Shown here: positions 1-14,387 of the stretch, in pieces
Layout: every line of letters starts with the position of its first letter
How positions within the stretch are numbered: position 1 is the stretch's first letter
DNA from: the human T2T-CHM13v2.0 reference genome, Homo sapiens
Direction: 5' to 3' (one strand)
Assembly: GCF_009914755.1 (NCBI RefSeq)
Contig: NC_060947.1
Length of the DNA: 64,000 nt
Made by a program: the position numbers and the translations under genes
Notes under the pieces: generated by a model
Told to the model about the DNA's origin: nothing
Databases searched by the model: none
The model's input: only the letters and a program-made list of their open reading frames with translations

Positions 1-3000
1 ATACATAAGATTCATTTTATATGATCAAGTAGGAAAAGGTAAATTGAGAGTTTAGAAAGAAGTAGTCTTTCTCTAGTGGCCTGGTGATCGTGATGCAGAT
101 TTGTCCAGATATCAGGGTTCCATAGCTGACTTGAAAAATACCTTCCTCACCACCATTCTGAGAAATCATTAGAGTAATGAAGATCCCTTACCATTTTCAT
201 CTTGTATGGAGTTCTTCATGGAACGCACCTAAGGGCAATGAGTCAGACCATTATAAGCTTTTGAATTTCAGAGCTTGAAGTCCCCAGAATTACTTGTGGT
301 CAATGGAAAGAGTGTCCCAGGTCCCTTGCCCCTCAGGAAAATGGAGATTCTTACCCAGTGTTCATTGCTGTACATTTGTTAGCTGGGTCTGGGCCATCTC
401 TGACACCTTCTTTCAGCTTTGTTCATCTTGCCGTAGAGAAAGGAAGAAGAAAAAGAAACAATTTCTTGCATTACTACTTGATACTCTGGAAAATGTTAAC
501 ACTAAAGTGTACTTTACCAGTAGCAGAGTAGGCTCTTTATTGGATTAGGAGTAGAGGAAGAAACCAGGTAGGCGATGAGACCATGAAAGGAAAAGAAGAC
601 GGACAGGAATGGATGTTACAGGGAAATATTTGAAGTGAAGACCAATTTTGCCTCCTTCTCAATTTGAGACATGAGAATTTCAGAACCTAAGTGACTGTAC
701 TCTTTAGGACATTTTGAAAATTGTACACTTTTCATCTCTATGTGAAATGTTAAATTTGCAGAAATAATTAAACTGTTAACAAAAAATAGATAAAGACCTT
801 AAGAAAGATTACTTTACATTGGAAGACCTAGAAGGGGAATAGATAGAGTTAATTATTTTAGAAGCATGAAGTGAGCATACTAGCACAATTGTGAAATTTC
901 TTACAAGTGTGGAAAAACTATTAAATCTTGTGCAACTAGAATTAAGCATACTTCTTTTTAAGTAACTAGATACACAAATTTAGGGAGTGACTAAAGTGTC
1001 AAAGTATGGAAATTATTCAGTTTTAAAGCCTATGTTCTATAAATGAAGACATTTTTCATCTGAATTGAGTCATCTATCAGATGGCGATACTAACTACCTT
1101 AAAGTACAACTTTATAAAAAGGAACGTCATACCTTGACAAAGGAAGAAAGACAAGAATATTATTGGCACTTCAAACATGTAGTCAAGGAATTTCTAGAAA
1201 TAAGAACAATTTATCTGATGTCATATCTGAAGGTAAACCTTAGATCCAGGAAAGTACTAAAAAGGAAAGAACTACTAGGGGGAAAATATAAACTTCTGTC
1301 AGCCTTGCCACTGCTGAAATACTACAAATGCCTCCAAGGACCATGAAAGTTGGCTACTATTTTAATAGCACTTAAGCCTAGTAATGTAAATTCTCCAAGC
1401 TACAACACAGGACAAATTTTGGTTACACACCCATCTTAGAGGTATTAAATGCATAAACATTTCCACCACCACCATACTACCACTCACTCACCCCTTGTAT
1501 TATACTCTCCAAAAACAGAAACAATGATACTGATTAAGACAAAATGGAGTCCTCAAAGATACAATTAGGCAAACAAATTGTTTCATGTGGTGGAGCTTTT
1601 ATCAAATTAGGTCAAGGGAATACAAATAATGCTAGACTAGTACAATATCTCTCTTCTTTCCCAAGTGATTGATGTGGTAATATAGGACTGGAAAATATTA
1701 GGCCAGGGTAAAAGCCAGGGTAAAGCTAATGTGGGCACCTTAAAAATTTCTGCTGTGAGACGATAACTCAGGTAAAAGGAGGAACAGAATGGGCACCTCA
1801 GGCTTCTCTTTAATGTAGGCATTGGACATGAAGGCCATGCACAGTTTGGCCCAGCTCACTGGAATATTCTTTCTGCATATGTATTTGAGAAATTCATTAA
1901 ATATAAACTTGGGAGACTTTTATTTCTGGCTTTATGGTCAGAAACATGAAGACTCTCTCACTATAGGTACACCTAGAAATGTGGGAAACATAACAACATC
2001 CTTTTAAATGCATAGCTAAGCCTGAAAAAAAATAAGGGAAAGATTTCAGTTGCTGTAATAAGAGGATACATTATTCTAATCAACTCTTCTTGAATAACAA
2101 ATTAAAATGGTAGACCAAATATTTGTTTTAAAGATCTATTTAGAAGCAATGGCTAAATGATACAATAGCTAGGAATTATCAGGAAAAATTGAAGGGGGAG
2201 TGAAAATCCACAGAGGTAAGAAAAACAAAAAGTTCCTTTGGCTCTGAAAACATATGGCAATCTGGAAAATTTTAAACTTTGAAAGCTGAGTCCTCAAAGT
2301 ATAGACTCTCAGCATAAAAGTAAACCAGAAGTAAACTATTTTTTTGTAATTTAAATATATATCACCTGTATAATCTAGAAACCATCAAGCTGTGAAATTA
2401 ATTTAATATGGTAACAGACATGCAGTGACACCCATAAGTACCTGTGAATTCCTTCTGAATGAAGTTGCCTTTATTCTAGCTTTCAGATTATCCTCAAGAA
2501 CAATGTTATTTGTTCAAGGACAACGAATGACACACAAAAATAATCAAGTATATAAGAAAGCCGGGTCCCAGGAGGGAAAAACAGCAGATCCTCAAAGAAG
2601 ATGTCAGATAATAGAATTATCAGAAATACATTTTAAAGCAACTATGTTTAATCGGTTTAGAGAGCTAGAAGAGAGTATTAACAATTTTAAAGAAAACAAG
2701 AAACTATAAAAATGGTAGAGGAGATTTGATACAAGCATATTTGGTAGCACTTAGTAAACACAGTAAGAAAACCTAAAAAACACATAAATGGGGGCTTTTA
2801 AAAGGAAATTAGATATAACTGAAGAGAGAATTTGTAAACTGTAACATAGATCAGAATATATTATCCATGATGCAAACACAGAGAGATAAAAGATTGAATA
2901 TAAGTAAGTGAGGTAAGAAGCAAAGAAAATAGAATTTTAAAATGTGGTTAATTATAGTCCCAGAAAGAGGAAAGAAACAAGACAAAGTGGAAGCAATATT

Positions 3001-3527
3001 TAAAGATATACTGATTATAATTTTCTAGTAATGATCAAAGACACCAAAGATTCAAGAAGCTTCATGAATTTTAAAAATAAAAGAAATTCACACCTAGAGA
3101 CATAAGAAAACAGCCAAACACTAGAGAGAGAGAGAGAAACACTTAATGGCAATCTAAAAAATATAAATATCCAAATAAGTGGAAAGCAGATAAACATCTG
3201 GTATCTCAGTGGAACAATGGCAGTCAAAAGACAGTGGAATAATATATTCATTATTCTGAAAAAAAAATAAAATCTGCCAATTTACAATTCTGTATCAAGT
3301 GAAATATCTTTCAAGGATAAGATAAGATGAAAATATTATCAGACAAAAATAAACTGAAAGAGTCATCACAAGACAACCTTCACAAGGAAGAATTTGAAAG
3401 AATGTTCTCAAGGAAGAAAAAAGTAATCTTAGAAGAAAATGATAAAAATAGTGGTAAATATGTGGATAAATCTAAATGAATATTTACTGTATAAAACAAT
3501 AAGTGATGTCTGTGGGATTCAATTTTT

Positions 3528-3756
3528 AAATAAATGTCATTTTTAGAGCAGTTTTAGGTTCATAAAATGAAATTGAGCAGAAGGTACAGAGATTTCCCAT
3601 ATGTTCCCTGGGTCCCCCACCCCAGACATACACATAGCCTCCCCTATTTTCAACATCCTTTGCTCAGGTGGTACATTTGTTACAACTGATGAACTCACAT
3701 TGACATGTCATTATCACTCAAAACCCATAGTTTACATTGGGGTTTACCCTTGGAGC
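3528..3756 (-). mobile_element. L1MC1/L1MD-type 3' end
   Basis: ttttagagcagttttaggttca...ggtacatttgttacaactgatgaac; flanked by tcaattttt at 3519-3527 and 3757-3765. Confidence 0.8.
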
Positions 3757-4304
3757 TCAATTTTTTGAATCTTGGAATTTAAGTTTTTAAGAAGGTATGA
3801 ATTAAAATATATGACATCAATAACATAAGTTGAAAGCAGTTGAATGGAATTAAAGTGCTAGAAACCTACTGTATTGTCTGAGAGGTGACTAAAGAATTTC
3901 ACTTACTTGCAACTTTAATATTCAAACTGTGGATGTTGTCCTATATGGAGGAACACTAAAGGATAAGAAATACATTCCATGATTTCCAAACAATTATCAG
4001 GAAGAAACTTGAAATTTAAAAAAATGGTTGAAAAGTGAAAAAGAAAGAGAAAATGAAAAAGAACAATCAGGACTAATACAAAACATGAAGTAACATGGGA
4101 AATATAAATCTATATGTATCAGTGATGACATTAAATGTAAATGTATTCATACTCTAGTTCAGAGATAGTTTATAAGGTTGTGGGATAAAATCTAACTGTA
4201 AGCTTTAAAACAGGGCCATATGCAACCTAAGGCTAAGGAAAGATGAGAAGTAAAGAATAGAAAATTGTGTGCCATATAAATATTAATTTAAAAATCGCAG
4301 TTTA

Positions 4305-6640
4305 TCAATTGTAAAATTTTCATGGAATCACAAAAGATCCAGGATAGCCAAAAAATTTGAAAATAAAAGACTCAAGCTGGAGGCATCATGCTACCAGACT
4401 TCAAAATATACTTCAGAACTACAATAATCAAAACAGCATGTACTGGCATAAAAACAGACACCTAGACCAATGGAACACAATAGAGAGCTCATAAATAAAT
4501 CTGTGAATTTATGGTCAGTTGATTTTTGACAAAGGTGCACAATGACACCTTTGTGACAAAGAACACACAGTGTGGAAAGGACAGTCTTTTCAATAAATGT
4601 GTTGGGAAAGCTGTATACTTACATGCAGAGGAAGGAAATTAGACCCTTATCTCACATCATATACAAAAATCAACTCTAAATGGATTAAAGACTTAAACAC
4701 ATATCCTGAAGCAGTAAAATGACTAGAAGTAAGCATAGGGGAAATTTTTCTTAACATTAGTCTAGGCAGTGATTTTTTGGATATGATCACAAAAGCACAG
4801 GCAACAATAGCAAAAATAGACAAATGAGATTACATCAAACTGAAAAGATTTGGCACAACAAAGGAAGCAATAAAGAGAGTGAAGAGACAATATTTGCAAA
4901 CCATATATCTGATAAGGGATTAATATCCAAAATATATAAGGAACTCAAACAACTCAATAACAAGAAAATAAACAGCCCAATTAAAAATGGGCAAATGATT
5001 TGAATAGACTTTTCTCAAAAAAACACATGCAAACAGCCAGTTACATGAAAAAATGCTCAATATTATTAATCATCAGGGAAATGCAAATTAAAACCAAAAT
5101 GAAACATCACTTCACACCTGTTAGAATGGTTATTACCAAAAACACAAAACATAAATGTTGGAGAGGATGTGGAGAAAAAGGAATACTTGCACACTGTTGG
5201 GGGGAATTCCAATTAGTACAGCCATTATGGAAAACAGTATGGAAGTTCCTTAAAAAATTAAAAATAGAACTGCCCGCAATCCCCCTAGTAAAAGATATCT
5301 TGAAGAAATACTCCCATGTTCATTACAGCATTATTCACAATTAGCCAAGACACAGAATCAACGTAAGTGTCCATCCACAAATGAATGAATAATAAAATGT
5401 AATGTATTTTAAAGGAAAATAAATGTCGTAACCGCAAAATCAGTAAGCCAAACGGAAATGTCGAGCTGAGAACTGTGTCAGGCAAACCTGCCTCCCATTT
5501 TATTCCTAAATAAGATAGCTACAAAGATTTTTAAAAGCTACATAGTTCCCTCACAATTTGCCCACAAGCAAATTCCTTGTGGGCCTCAAGATCTTTACCC
5601 TAAAACAGTTCTGTTGAATTTCACCTTGGCAATGTAAAATGATAGCTTATCTTCACACGTGTAGGGCACAGGACGGACAGAACTCAGTTATCCCTCTGAT
5701 TACCTGAGACAAATACATATCTGATTGCTTCCTGTGTCCTGTTGTTTACGTAAATATGCAGATTCACTGAGCCAGACTAAGGCGTAAGTAACTATTCCTC
5801 TACCCCCTTCTCACAAGTAAATTTTTTATTTCGTGAATGTGTGATCAAAGACTCAAAAGAATACAACTGTTTGTCTCCTATTTCCCTATGACCTGGAAGC
5901 TCCACCGTAACCCCACATCCCACTACTTCCCCATTTCAAGTTGTCCCGCCTTTCTGGACTGAACCAATGTACATCTCACACATTGATTGACGTTTCATGT
6001 TTCCCTAAAATGTATAAAACCAAGCTGTACCCCGACCGCCTTGGGCACAGGTCAGGATGTCCTGAGGCTGTGTCACGGGCACGTCCTTAACCTTGGGAAA
6101 ATAAACTTTCTAAATTAATTAAGACCTGTCTCAGATTATTTTGGGTTCACTTATATGTACAAAATGGAGTATATTCAGACTTTGAAAAGGAGGAAATCCT
6201 GTCATTTGCAACAACATGGATAAACCTGAAGGACATTGTTAAGTGAAATAAGCCAGGTATAGCAAGACAAACACTGCATGATCTCACTTACATGTGGTAT
6301 TTTAAAAATATGAACTAATAGAGAGTAGAATGGTGGTTACCAGGGTCTGGGGGCTGGGAGGTGTTGGCAAAGGATAAAAAATTTTGGTTATTCAGGAGGA
6401 ATAAGTTTAAGATCTGTTGTACAACGTAGTGACTACAGTTAATAACAATGTACTGTATTCTCGAAAATGGCTCGGAGTGTATTTAAGTGTTCTCACCACA
6501 GAAAAATGGTAAGTATGTGAAGTTACGCATTTGTCAATTTGCTTGATTTAGCTATTCCATAATGTATATAAATTTTAAACAAACGTTATGAACTATAAAT
6601 ATATACAATTATATTTGTCAATTAAGATACATACATACAT
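4305..6640 (+). mobile_element. 5'-truncated L1MA (about L1MA5-8), ORF2 C-terminus plus 3' UTR, split by MER4A
   Basis: ORF 5000-5344 is the L1 ORF2 Cys-rich end ([14 protein letters not shown]); L1MA-type 3' UTR at 6152-6625. Confidence 0.85.
5407..6151 (+). mobile_element. MER4A-like solo LTR (ERV1)
   Basis: aaaggaaaataaat...ggcaaacctgcctcccattttattcctaaataagatagctacaaag start, aataaa at about 6099, ends agacctgtctcaga...gggttcac; interrupts the L1 sequence. Confidence 0.8.
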
Positions 6641-6807
6641 TCCATAAAGGAAATACACACAGAAATAGCAGTTAACTATTTCATTTATTATTTTTATCAT
6701 CATTTGTAAAAATATTTTATTTATTTATAAAAAACTGGTATAACGATGTCACACAAGACAGACTTTAATGTAGGAAAGCACCAGTATTCATGAAACAAGT
6801 CACTTCA

Positions 6808-7817
6808 GGAGCCAATCATAATCCCAAAAAAACACAAGCTTGAATGCCATAATACAGAAAATATAATTCTTAAAAAAGTAATAAATTTTTAAAAGATATT
6901 TGTTTACATTTTTAAAAGGGGATTTTTTTGAGAAATGTATAAAGTCATGACAATACTTCATAGGCCACTTTACACAATAAAATAGGCAATAATTACATAT
7001 AATTTTGCAAGCATAAAGACTTGGGTATACTAATGACAGTCACATGCATGTAATAGTTATGAGCAGATGAACCACATTCATAAAAAATAGCTCACAAAGG
7101 GAAATATAAAAATGCATATCACTATGTTGGTAATTGTGTGCACCCAGCTTTATAACTGCGATCATGTGAAATACTGTGAGAAACAATGTAAGTCTTGACA
7201 AGATTGATGAAAAACCATGATGAGTCACTGTCACATATGCCAAGGACTCAAGAAATTTTATCTTTTACAAATATAGATGTATAACAAAGACTTTTCTTCA
7301 TTTGAGAAGGTTTCAACGTTTTAATGCACACACACAATGTTTACACATAAAGTCAATGTTGTGATAATTCATATTTGTGATGTCAAGTTTGCAAAAAAAT
7401 GCAAAAAAAAAATTAGAATTCTCTAAAAGTCTTTACACAATCTATACCTCCAGTATTGGAAATAAGGGAAAATGAAATACATAGCATAGTGAATTGCTGT
7501 ACTAGGTTTCTAGGTATTCCTCAATCCAGTCAAATTGACACCTAAAATTAAGTGCACAAATCCACACCTTGTCAACGTGGTACCCATACACATTTCCTTA
7601 AACCATACTTAATTTCGAAATAAAGACAATAGCAAGGTAATAGTTCCTTCTAACATGATGCACCTATTCTGCAGTTGTGATTTTGGGGGTTTTAGATGTT
7701 AGGGACTTATTTAGACTTTAGGGATTTTGACCTTTAGGAATTTTGATATTTTGCAATTTCAACATTTGGGATTATGTTTTTTCAGGATTATGTCTTTCAG
7801 GATTATAATCCAAACCC
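6808..7817. mobile_element. Ricksha (MULE/MuDR non-autonomous DNA transposon) carrying an ERVL/MLT2 fragment
   Basis: Imperfect TIRs ggagccaatcataatccc... and ...ggattataatccaaaccc; internal ERVL-like tcctcaatccagtcaaattgacacctaaaatt; degenerate 9-bp TSD gtcacttca/accacttaa. Confidence 0.85.
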
Positions 7818-8139
7818 ACCACTTAATGGTGATAAAGTTTCAATTCACCAGAAATAATGTGAAAAGAACATGTATGCATGCATCTAATAGCATAGCCTTC
7901 AAATTTATAAAGCAAATATTGACAGAAATGCAAGAGGAAACAGAAAGCCAATCCCATTAATTCATAAAATAAGCAGAAATAAATCAGTAAACATATAGAA
8001 GATTTGAATAAGGTGATCAATAAACTTGACAAAAGGTTTCCAACAAATAAAATTCAAAGCTAAAACAGCTACAGAATATATACTCTTGCACACATAACAT
8101 ATTTATTTATAAAATACCAGAGCTGTACCTTGAAGCTTA

Positions 8140-8360
8140 TTCTAGCTAATGCAGAAATCTATAACTCGATGTGGAAGTATACCATAAAAATGTATATAAA
8201 ATATATGGCTTTGGTTAAGAGGTTGCTATTGGATGGTAAGAAAACTGATACTAGAGCTTGGGAAGATAGTGATTTATGACATTATATGGCAAAGCATTTG
8301 TTAAAATAGTTTCTTGCAGTTACTTGGGAGGCAAATGATGTTATGTCCACAAAGTTCAAA
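8140..8360 (+). mobile_element. MLT1-type MaLR internal fragment
   Basis: ctaatgcaga...aaaatatatggctttgg...ggcaaagcatttgttaaaat...gcagttacttgggaggca resembles the start of MLT1-int. Confidence 0.5.
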
Positions 8361-8527
8361 AGACTGAAATTACAAGGGCATGTTCTTTGACAATACTTAT
8401 TAAGATAGAGAGTAGGGGATGGGGAATGGAGAGGAGAGAGGTAGGAAGAGTGAGTAATAATGAATGTGGGTTGGTGGAAGAACAGATAAGTAATATCAGG
8501 AATTGAAAAAAGAATTATCACAATGTG

Positions 8528-8668
8528 ACATGATGCACCTATTCTGCAATTGTGATTTTGGGGTTTTAGATGTTAGGAACTTATTTAGACTTGAGGGATT
8601 TTGATCATTGGGAATTTTGATATTTTGCAATTTCAACATTTGGGATTATGTTTTTTCGGGATTATGTC
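8528..8668. repeat. Local 141-bp copy of the Ricksha subterminal segment 7653-7794
   Basis: 8 differences in 142 aligned positions by eye; flanked by cacaatgt at 8519-8526 and 8672-8679. Confidence 0.9.
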
Positions 8669-10434
8669 GAACACAATGTAATAACTATAACAGATATAAA
8701 AGGCCATCATTAATAATTTTATCCCAATAATTTTGAAAATGTAAAAGAAATGGACAATTTTCCTTGGGGTAAAATATTTCAAAATCTACTCAAAAACAAA
8801 TAGAAAACCTGAGTGTATTACAACTATTAAGAAAATTGTATAAGCTGTCCCACTATTTTTTTCCAAAGAAAACCCCAAGCTTAATTACCTTAGATGATTT
8901 ACACCAAATATTTAAAAATAATTTTATTGTTACACAAACTCTACAAGAGAATAAGAAAAAGAAGGAATATTACCCTACTCATTTTATGAGAATAGATTAT
9001 TTATGTTACCAAAATCTATCAAGGATCATATAAGAAAAGATAAAGGCAGTATCACTCATGAACACAGATTGAAATTTCCTAAACAAAATATAAACAGAAT
9101 GAAGCAATGTGTAGAAAGAACAATATATCATGACCAATGGAGCTTATTCCTGGATATTAAAATTTGTCTAGTTTTAAGAAACTGCATAATGTAATGACCG
9201 TTTAACAAATTGAGGGAAAATTCATAAAATTAAATTGGTAGATTCAAAAGTTTAATAAAATTAAATATTAATTTATTATTTAAAAGTTTGATAAAATTAA
9301 ACATTAATTTATGACTAAAGTCATACAAAATTTTTAGTGAAGGAAAATGGGAGTAAATTTTCTTAATTTGATTCTGGGTATCTACCAAAAAAAAAGCTGC
9401 ATAAGATTCTATATGTCATGATGAAACATTGAGAACATCTCCTTTGATATTAAGACACAAAGAAAGGATGATGAGTATCACAATTGCTATTCAACATTTT
9501 GCTGGAAGTTCTGTTATTTTTCACAAATAATACAATTATTTATGTAGAAAGTCAAAATAATTGACAGATAAATTTTGGAATTAATAAATGAGCTTAGTAT
9601 GTTGCTGAATATAAAAACCAATGGTTATTTCTTATATCAACATCAAATCATTAAAAATTATATTAAAATGTCCATATCTATGTGTATATCTATATATTCA
9701 GGAATAAATCTAATGTGATATATGTGACTCTTCCACAGGAGTAACTTTTTATACTTTACTTAGGTACATTAAAGAAGACCTAAAAAAATTAGGAGATGTA
9801 TCATGTTTAAGGATTTGAATTGATCTATTGATACAATGTAATTACAGTAACAAAATCCTATTTTTAGGAAACTTGAAAAGCTGATTCTAAAATTTACATG
9901 AAAACAAAAATGCCTAGGAACAGCCAAGATACTCTTGAAGAAAAAAAAATGAAGGAATTCGTGTACCAGTAATCAAGACTTGTGTTAGAGCTGTAGCAAC
10001 TGACACAGTGTGGTAATGATGCTGGTATAGACACATAAACTGGCAGAACAGAAAACAGGACAGAAACAGTTTCATAGCTATGCGATCATCACATACATGG
10101 CAGAGATGACATTATGAATTAGTTAGGAATTGATGACTTTTCAATAAATGATCCTGAGATATGAAGTATCAATGTGAAAAAAAGCCAAACTCTACCTCAC
10201 ATAGTACTAAAAAAATCTAATTATAAAAGGGAAAAGTACAAAGTTTCTCAAAGACAATGTAAGGATATCTTCCTGATGTCAAGATAAGGAAGAGCTTCTC
10301 AAACAAGATGTGAAGCCTATAAGATTCAGCAGGAAAATGTATAGCTATAAAGGTGTACAGTGAAAAAGAAGATCTCCAATCAACACCCAACTTTGTACCT
10401 TCAGGCAAGAGGAAACACTAACTGAAAAGATTTA

Positions 10435-12140
10435 AAAAAAAAATAGACAAACCTTTAGCTATATTGACTGAGATTGAGAGTGAGAGCAAGCAAGAGAGAG
10501 AGAGACTCAAATTATCAGACACAAATTACCATCAGAAAAGAAATCAGAAGTGAAAATCAGAAATGGGGGTGAGGACATTACTATTGATCTTAACCAAAAA
10601 CGGATTACAAGAGACTACTATGGACATTTGTATGCCAACAAATTAGATGATTGGATGAAACAGACACATTCCCAAAAAACATAGAATCTACTAAAACTGA
10701 CTTATGAAAAAAATAGAAAATCTAATTTAACCTAGAATTAGTAAGGACATTGAATCAGTAATCAAAAACCTCCCAAGAAAGCAAAGCCCAGGACCAGATG
10801 GTATCATTGGTGAAATTTATGAGATATTTAAAGAATTAGTATCAATTCTTCTCAAACACTTCCAAAAAGTTGAAGAGGAAGGAACACTTTCTAAGTCGTT
10901 TGATAAAACCAGACAAAGCCAGACGACGACTCTATAAGAAAATAAAACTACAGACCAATATTTCTTATAAATACTGATGCACAATGCTTCAACAAAATGC
11001 TAGCAAACTGAATTCAGCAGGTTATTAAAAAGACTATACACTATGACCAATGGGATTCATTCCTGGAATGCAATGACGGTCCACCATATGAAATTCAATG
11101 TAATGCACCACATTAATAAAATGAAATAAACAATTATGGTCATGTCAATTGATGGAAAAAAATTGACAAAATTCAGCACTCTTTCTTGATTAAAAACACC
11201 CAATTAACTAAAAATACAAGGAAATGCTCTGAAGACGATACAGGCCATATATGAGAAACCCACAGCTAATATTATACTCAAAGGTGAGAAACTAAAAACT
11301 TTTCTTACAAGAATAGAAACAGGGCAAGGATGGCAAGGATTCCTGCTTTTGCCATTTATATTCAATATAGTATTGAAAGTTCTAGCCAAAGAAATAGGCA
11401 AGAAAAAATATCCAAATTGGAAAGCCAGAAGTAAAGAGATTTCTATTTGAGGATGGCATATCTTTCTATTTCTTGAGACAAGAAAATTGTTTAACTTTTA
11501 CTCCAAATTATGGTAAGAATTTGGAGGCATTTCCTAGAGAAGTGACATAATACATGCATGTTTTGCAGATAACATCTGTATGTAATCATTATGTGTAGGA
11601 AGCCCTAAAGATTCCAAACAAAAATGTTAGAGCTAATAAATGAATTTTGCAAAATTTCAGGATACAACATCAATGCACAATCTGTTGAATCTCTACGCAC
11701 TAACACTAATCAATCCATAAGAAAAAATTTATTTAGAAATCTCATTTACAACAGTATACAAAAGAATAAAATACTTAGGAATAAATTTAAGCAAGGAGAT
11801 AAAAGACTTTTGTGCACTGAAAATTACAAAACATTGTTGAAAGAAATTAAAGAAAATATAAATAAATGAAAAGACACGCCATGTTTATAAATTGGAAGCC
11901 AATATTAATATGACTGTATAACCCTAATTGCTCTACAGATTCAGTGCAATTTCTTTGAAAATTTCAACAGCATTTTTTGCAGAAATAAAAAAACTCACCC
12001 TAAAATTAACATGGATTCTCAAGGAACTCTAGCCAAAACCATCTTGAAATAGATGAACAAGATTAGATATTTCACACTTCCTGATTCTAAAATTCACAGG
12101 CTGAAAAGGTACAGTAATCAAATGGGTGCGTTACTGGTAC
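10435..12140 (+). mobile_element. L1M ORF2 fragment (RT region)
   Basis: ORF 11624-11869 MLELINEFCKISGYNINAQ is L1 RT; aagcccaggaccagatgg (SPGPDG) at about 10784. Confidence 0.85.
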
Positions 12141-12144
12141 TGTA

Positions 12145-13310
12145 TGTTTTATTATTTTTTTTCTTTTGGTAGGTACATAGTAGGTGTGTATATTTGTGGG
12201 ATACATAAGATGTTTTGATATAGCCATGCAATGTGTAATAAGCACATCATGGAGAATGCAGTATCCATCCCCTCAAGCATTTATCATTTGAGTTGCAGAC
12301 AATCCAATTGCATTTTTATTTAGAAAAAACACAATTAAGAAATTATCGACTATAGTCAAGATGTTGTGCCATCAAATAGCAAGTCTTATTAATTCTAACT
12401 AAATTTTTTGTTAGAATTAACCATTCCCACCTTCCCCTTCCCTCCCACTACTCTTTCCAGCCTCTGGTAACGCTCTATGTCCATGAGTTCAATTGTTTTG
12501 ATTTTTAGATCTCACAAATAAGTGAGAACATGTGATGCTTGCTTTTCTATGCCTGGCTAATTTCACTTAACATAATGATCACCAATTCCATCCATGTTGC
12601 TGCAAATGATTGGATATCATTCTTTTATATGGCTGAATAGTACTACATTGTGTATATGGTATATGAACCACATTTTCTTCATCCATTCAACTATTGAGGG
12701 ACACAGGTTGTTCCTAAATCTTAGCTATAGTAAACAGTCCTGAAACAAACATTAAGAGTGCAGATATGTCTTTGATATACTGATAGTGTTTGTTTTGGGT
12801 ATATTCCCAACAGTGGGCTGCTGGACTATATGGTAGCTAGGTTTCTAGTTTTTTGAGACACCTCCAAATTTTTCTCCATAGTCCTCGTAATAATTTACAT
12901 TCCCGTCAACAGTGTACAAGGGTTCCCTTTTCTCCACATCTTTGTCAGCATGTGTAATTGCCTGTCTTTTTGATATAAGCCATTTTAACTGGGGTGAGAT
13001 GATATCTCATTGTAGTTTCAATTTGCATTTCTCTGATCAATGACGTTGAGCACCTTTTCATAGGCCTGGTTGCCATTTGTATGTCTTTTTTTGGACAAGT
13101 ACCTATTCAAATTTCTTGCCCATCTTTTGATCAAATTATCAGATTGTTTTTCCTATAGAGTTGTTTGAGCTCCTTATATATTCTGGTAACTGATCCCTTG
13201 TCAGATGGGTAGATTGAAAATATCTTCTCCCATTCTGTGTTTTTTCTCTTTACTTTATTGATTGTATCCTATGCTGTGTAGAAGCCTTAAAGCTTGATGC
13301 AATTTCATTA
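12145..13310 (-). mobile_element. L1MA1-like 3' end
   Basis: T-rich tail, then gtacatagtaggtg...aagcacatcatggagaat..tatccatcccctcaagcatttatc. Confidence 0.85.
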
Positions 13311-13898
13311 TCTGAGGTGAAAGATAATAGATACATATTCTCCAAAAACACTGCAACTCTCACAGGTCTCATAGCAAATTCAGTCATTAAAAGTGAAGCC
13401 AGCAACCAGTTTCTGGATCCTGGAAGTGCATATAATAAATTTTCAGGGTAACTGATTTTCTCTTTCCCTGAGAGTTTATACCTAGCACTTGGATCATTAA
13501 GAATATACCAAACCTGATATTAGGTGTGCAAACACTTGCTGTCCACAGATTCTTCAGGTCTTAATGGACTAACCACTTGCCACATCCAAATGCAAATATT
13601 TTAGCCAAATAACTATTTGTGTGTGTGTGATTGATTCTCAACTTTCTAGCAAAGCAACTATTACTCCTGCATTACTTTGAGCTCTCCAGGTTCTTGAATC
13701 TTGAATTCTGGTCATATCGTCCTGGCCCTTGACCTTTCATTTCCACCTATAAACCAATGAAGTTTCAACCTCAGCAATAAGAGATGAGACCTCAGAGCTG
13801 GCATTTTGTTCTCTAACATTGCCATCAAGACAAATAAGTTCTAAAATTTCCCCTTTTTTATAATTAACAGCTTGCCAAACTAAAAACAAAATGTTTTT

Positions 13899-14046
13899 AG
13901 CCAAGATCAGTGACTCACACCTGTAATCCTAGCTACTTAGAAGGCTGAGGTGGGAGGATCACTTGAGCCCAGGTGTTCAAGGTTCCAGTGAGCTCTGATT
14001 ACACCACTGCATTCCAGCCTTGGCAACAGAGCAAGATCCTGTCTCA
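13899..14046 (+). mobile_element. Free Alu monomer (FRAM/FAM-like)
   Basis: Single about 150-bp monomer cctgtaatcctagctact...gagcccagg...gcaacagagcaagatcctgtctc. Confidence 0.8.
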
Positions 14047-14387
14047 ACCAATTCTTTTTAATGATTTAGGCACCCAAATCTTCAAATACATTAAATATGC
14101 TGATATTTAAGCAGAAAATAAGTTTGAAAAATTTTCAAAGGTTTGCTTTTGCAAGCCCAAGAACCTGAATACCAAATCAGGCATTAGGAGTGCCAAATTT
14201 ACAAACACTACTCCCCCTATAAAAAGCTCTCTTTTGTTCTGAGGTAGAAGGTCATGCCTATAGTTACATGCCCTACCATAGTGAGTATGGACTACATCCT
14301 CTAATACTAGAATCAGAAGCAGGGATAGAAAAGTACCAGCACATAATTCAGGAGGGAAACTCCAGTCATAATCAAATGTATAGAGAT

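Larger units (their letters stand above)
1900..10420 (+). mobile_element. Ancient L1M (L1MC/ME-age) element, fragmented; host of several younger insertions
   Basis: Decayed ORF1-like sequence at about 2.5-3.5 kb, ORF2 endonuclease start (acattaaatgtaaatg, about 4128), and ORF2 pieces at 6650-6807, 7818-8110 and 8480-10420 in colinear order. Confidence 0.7.
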
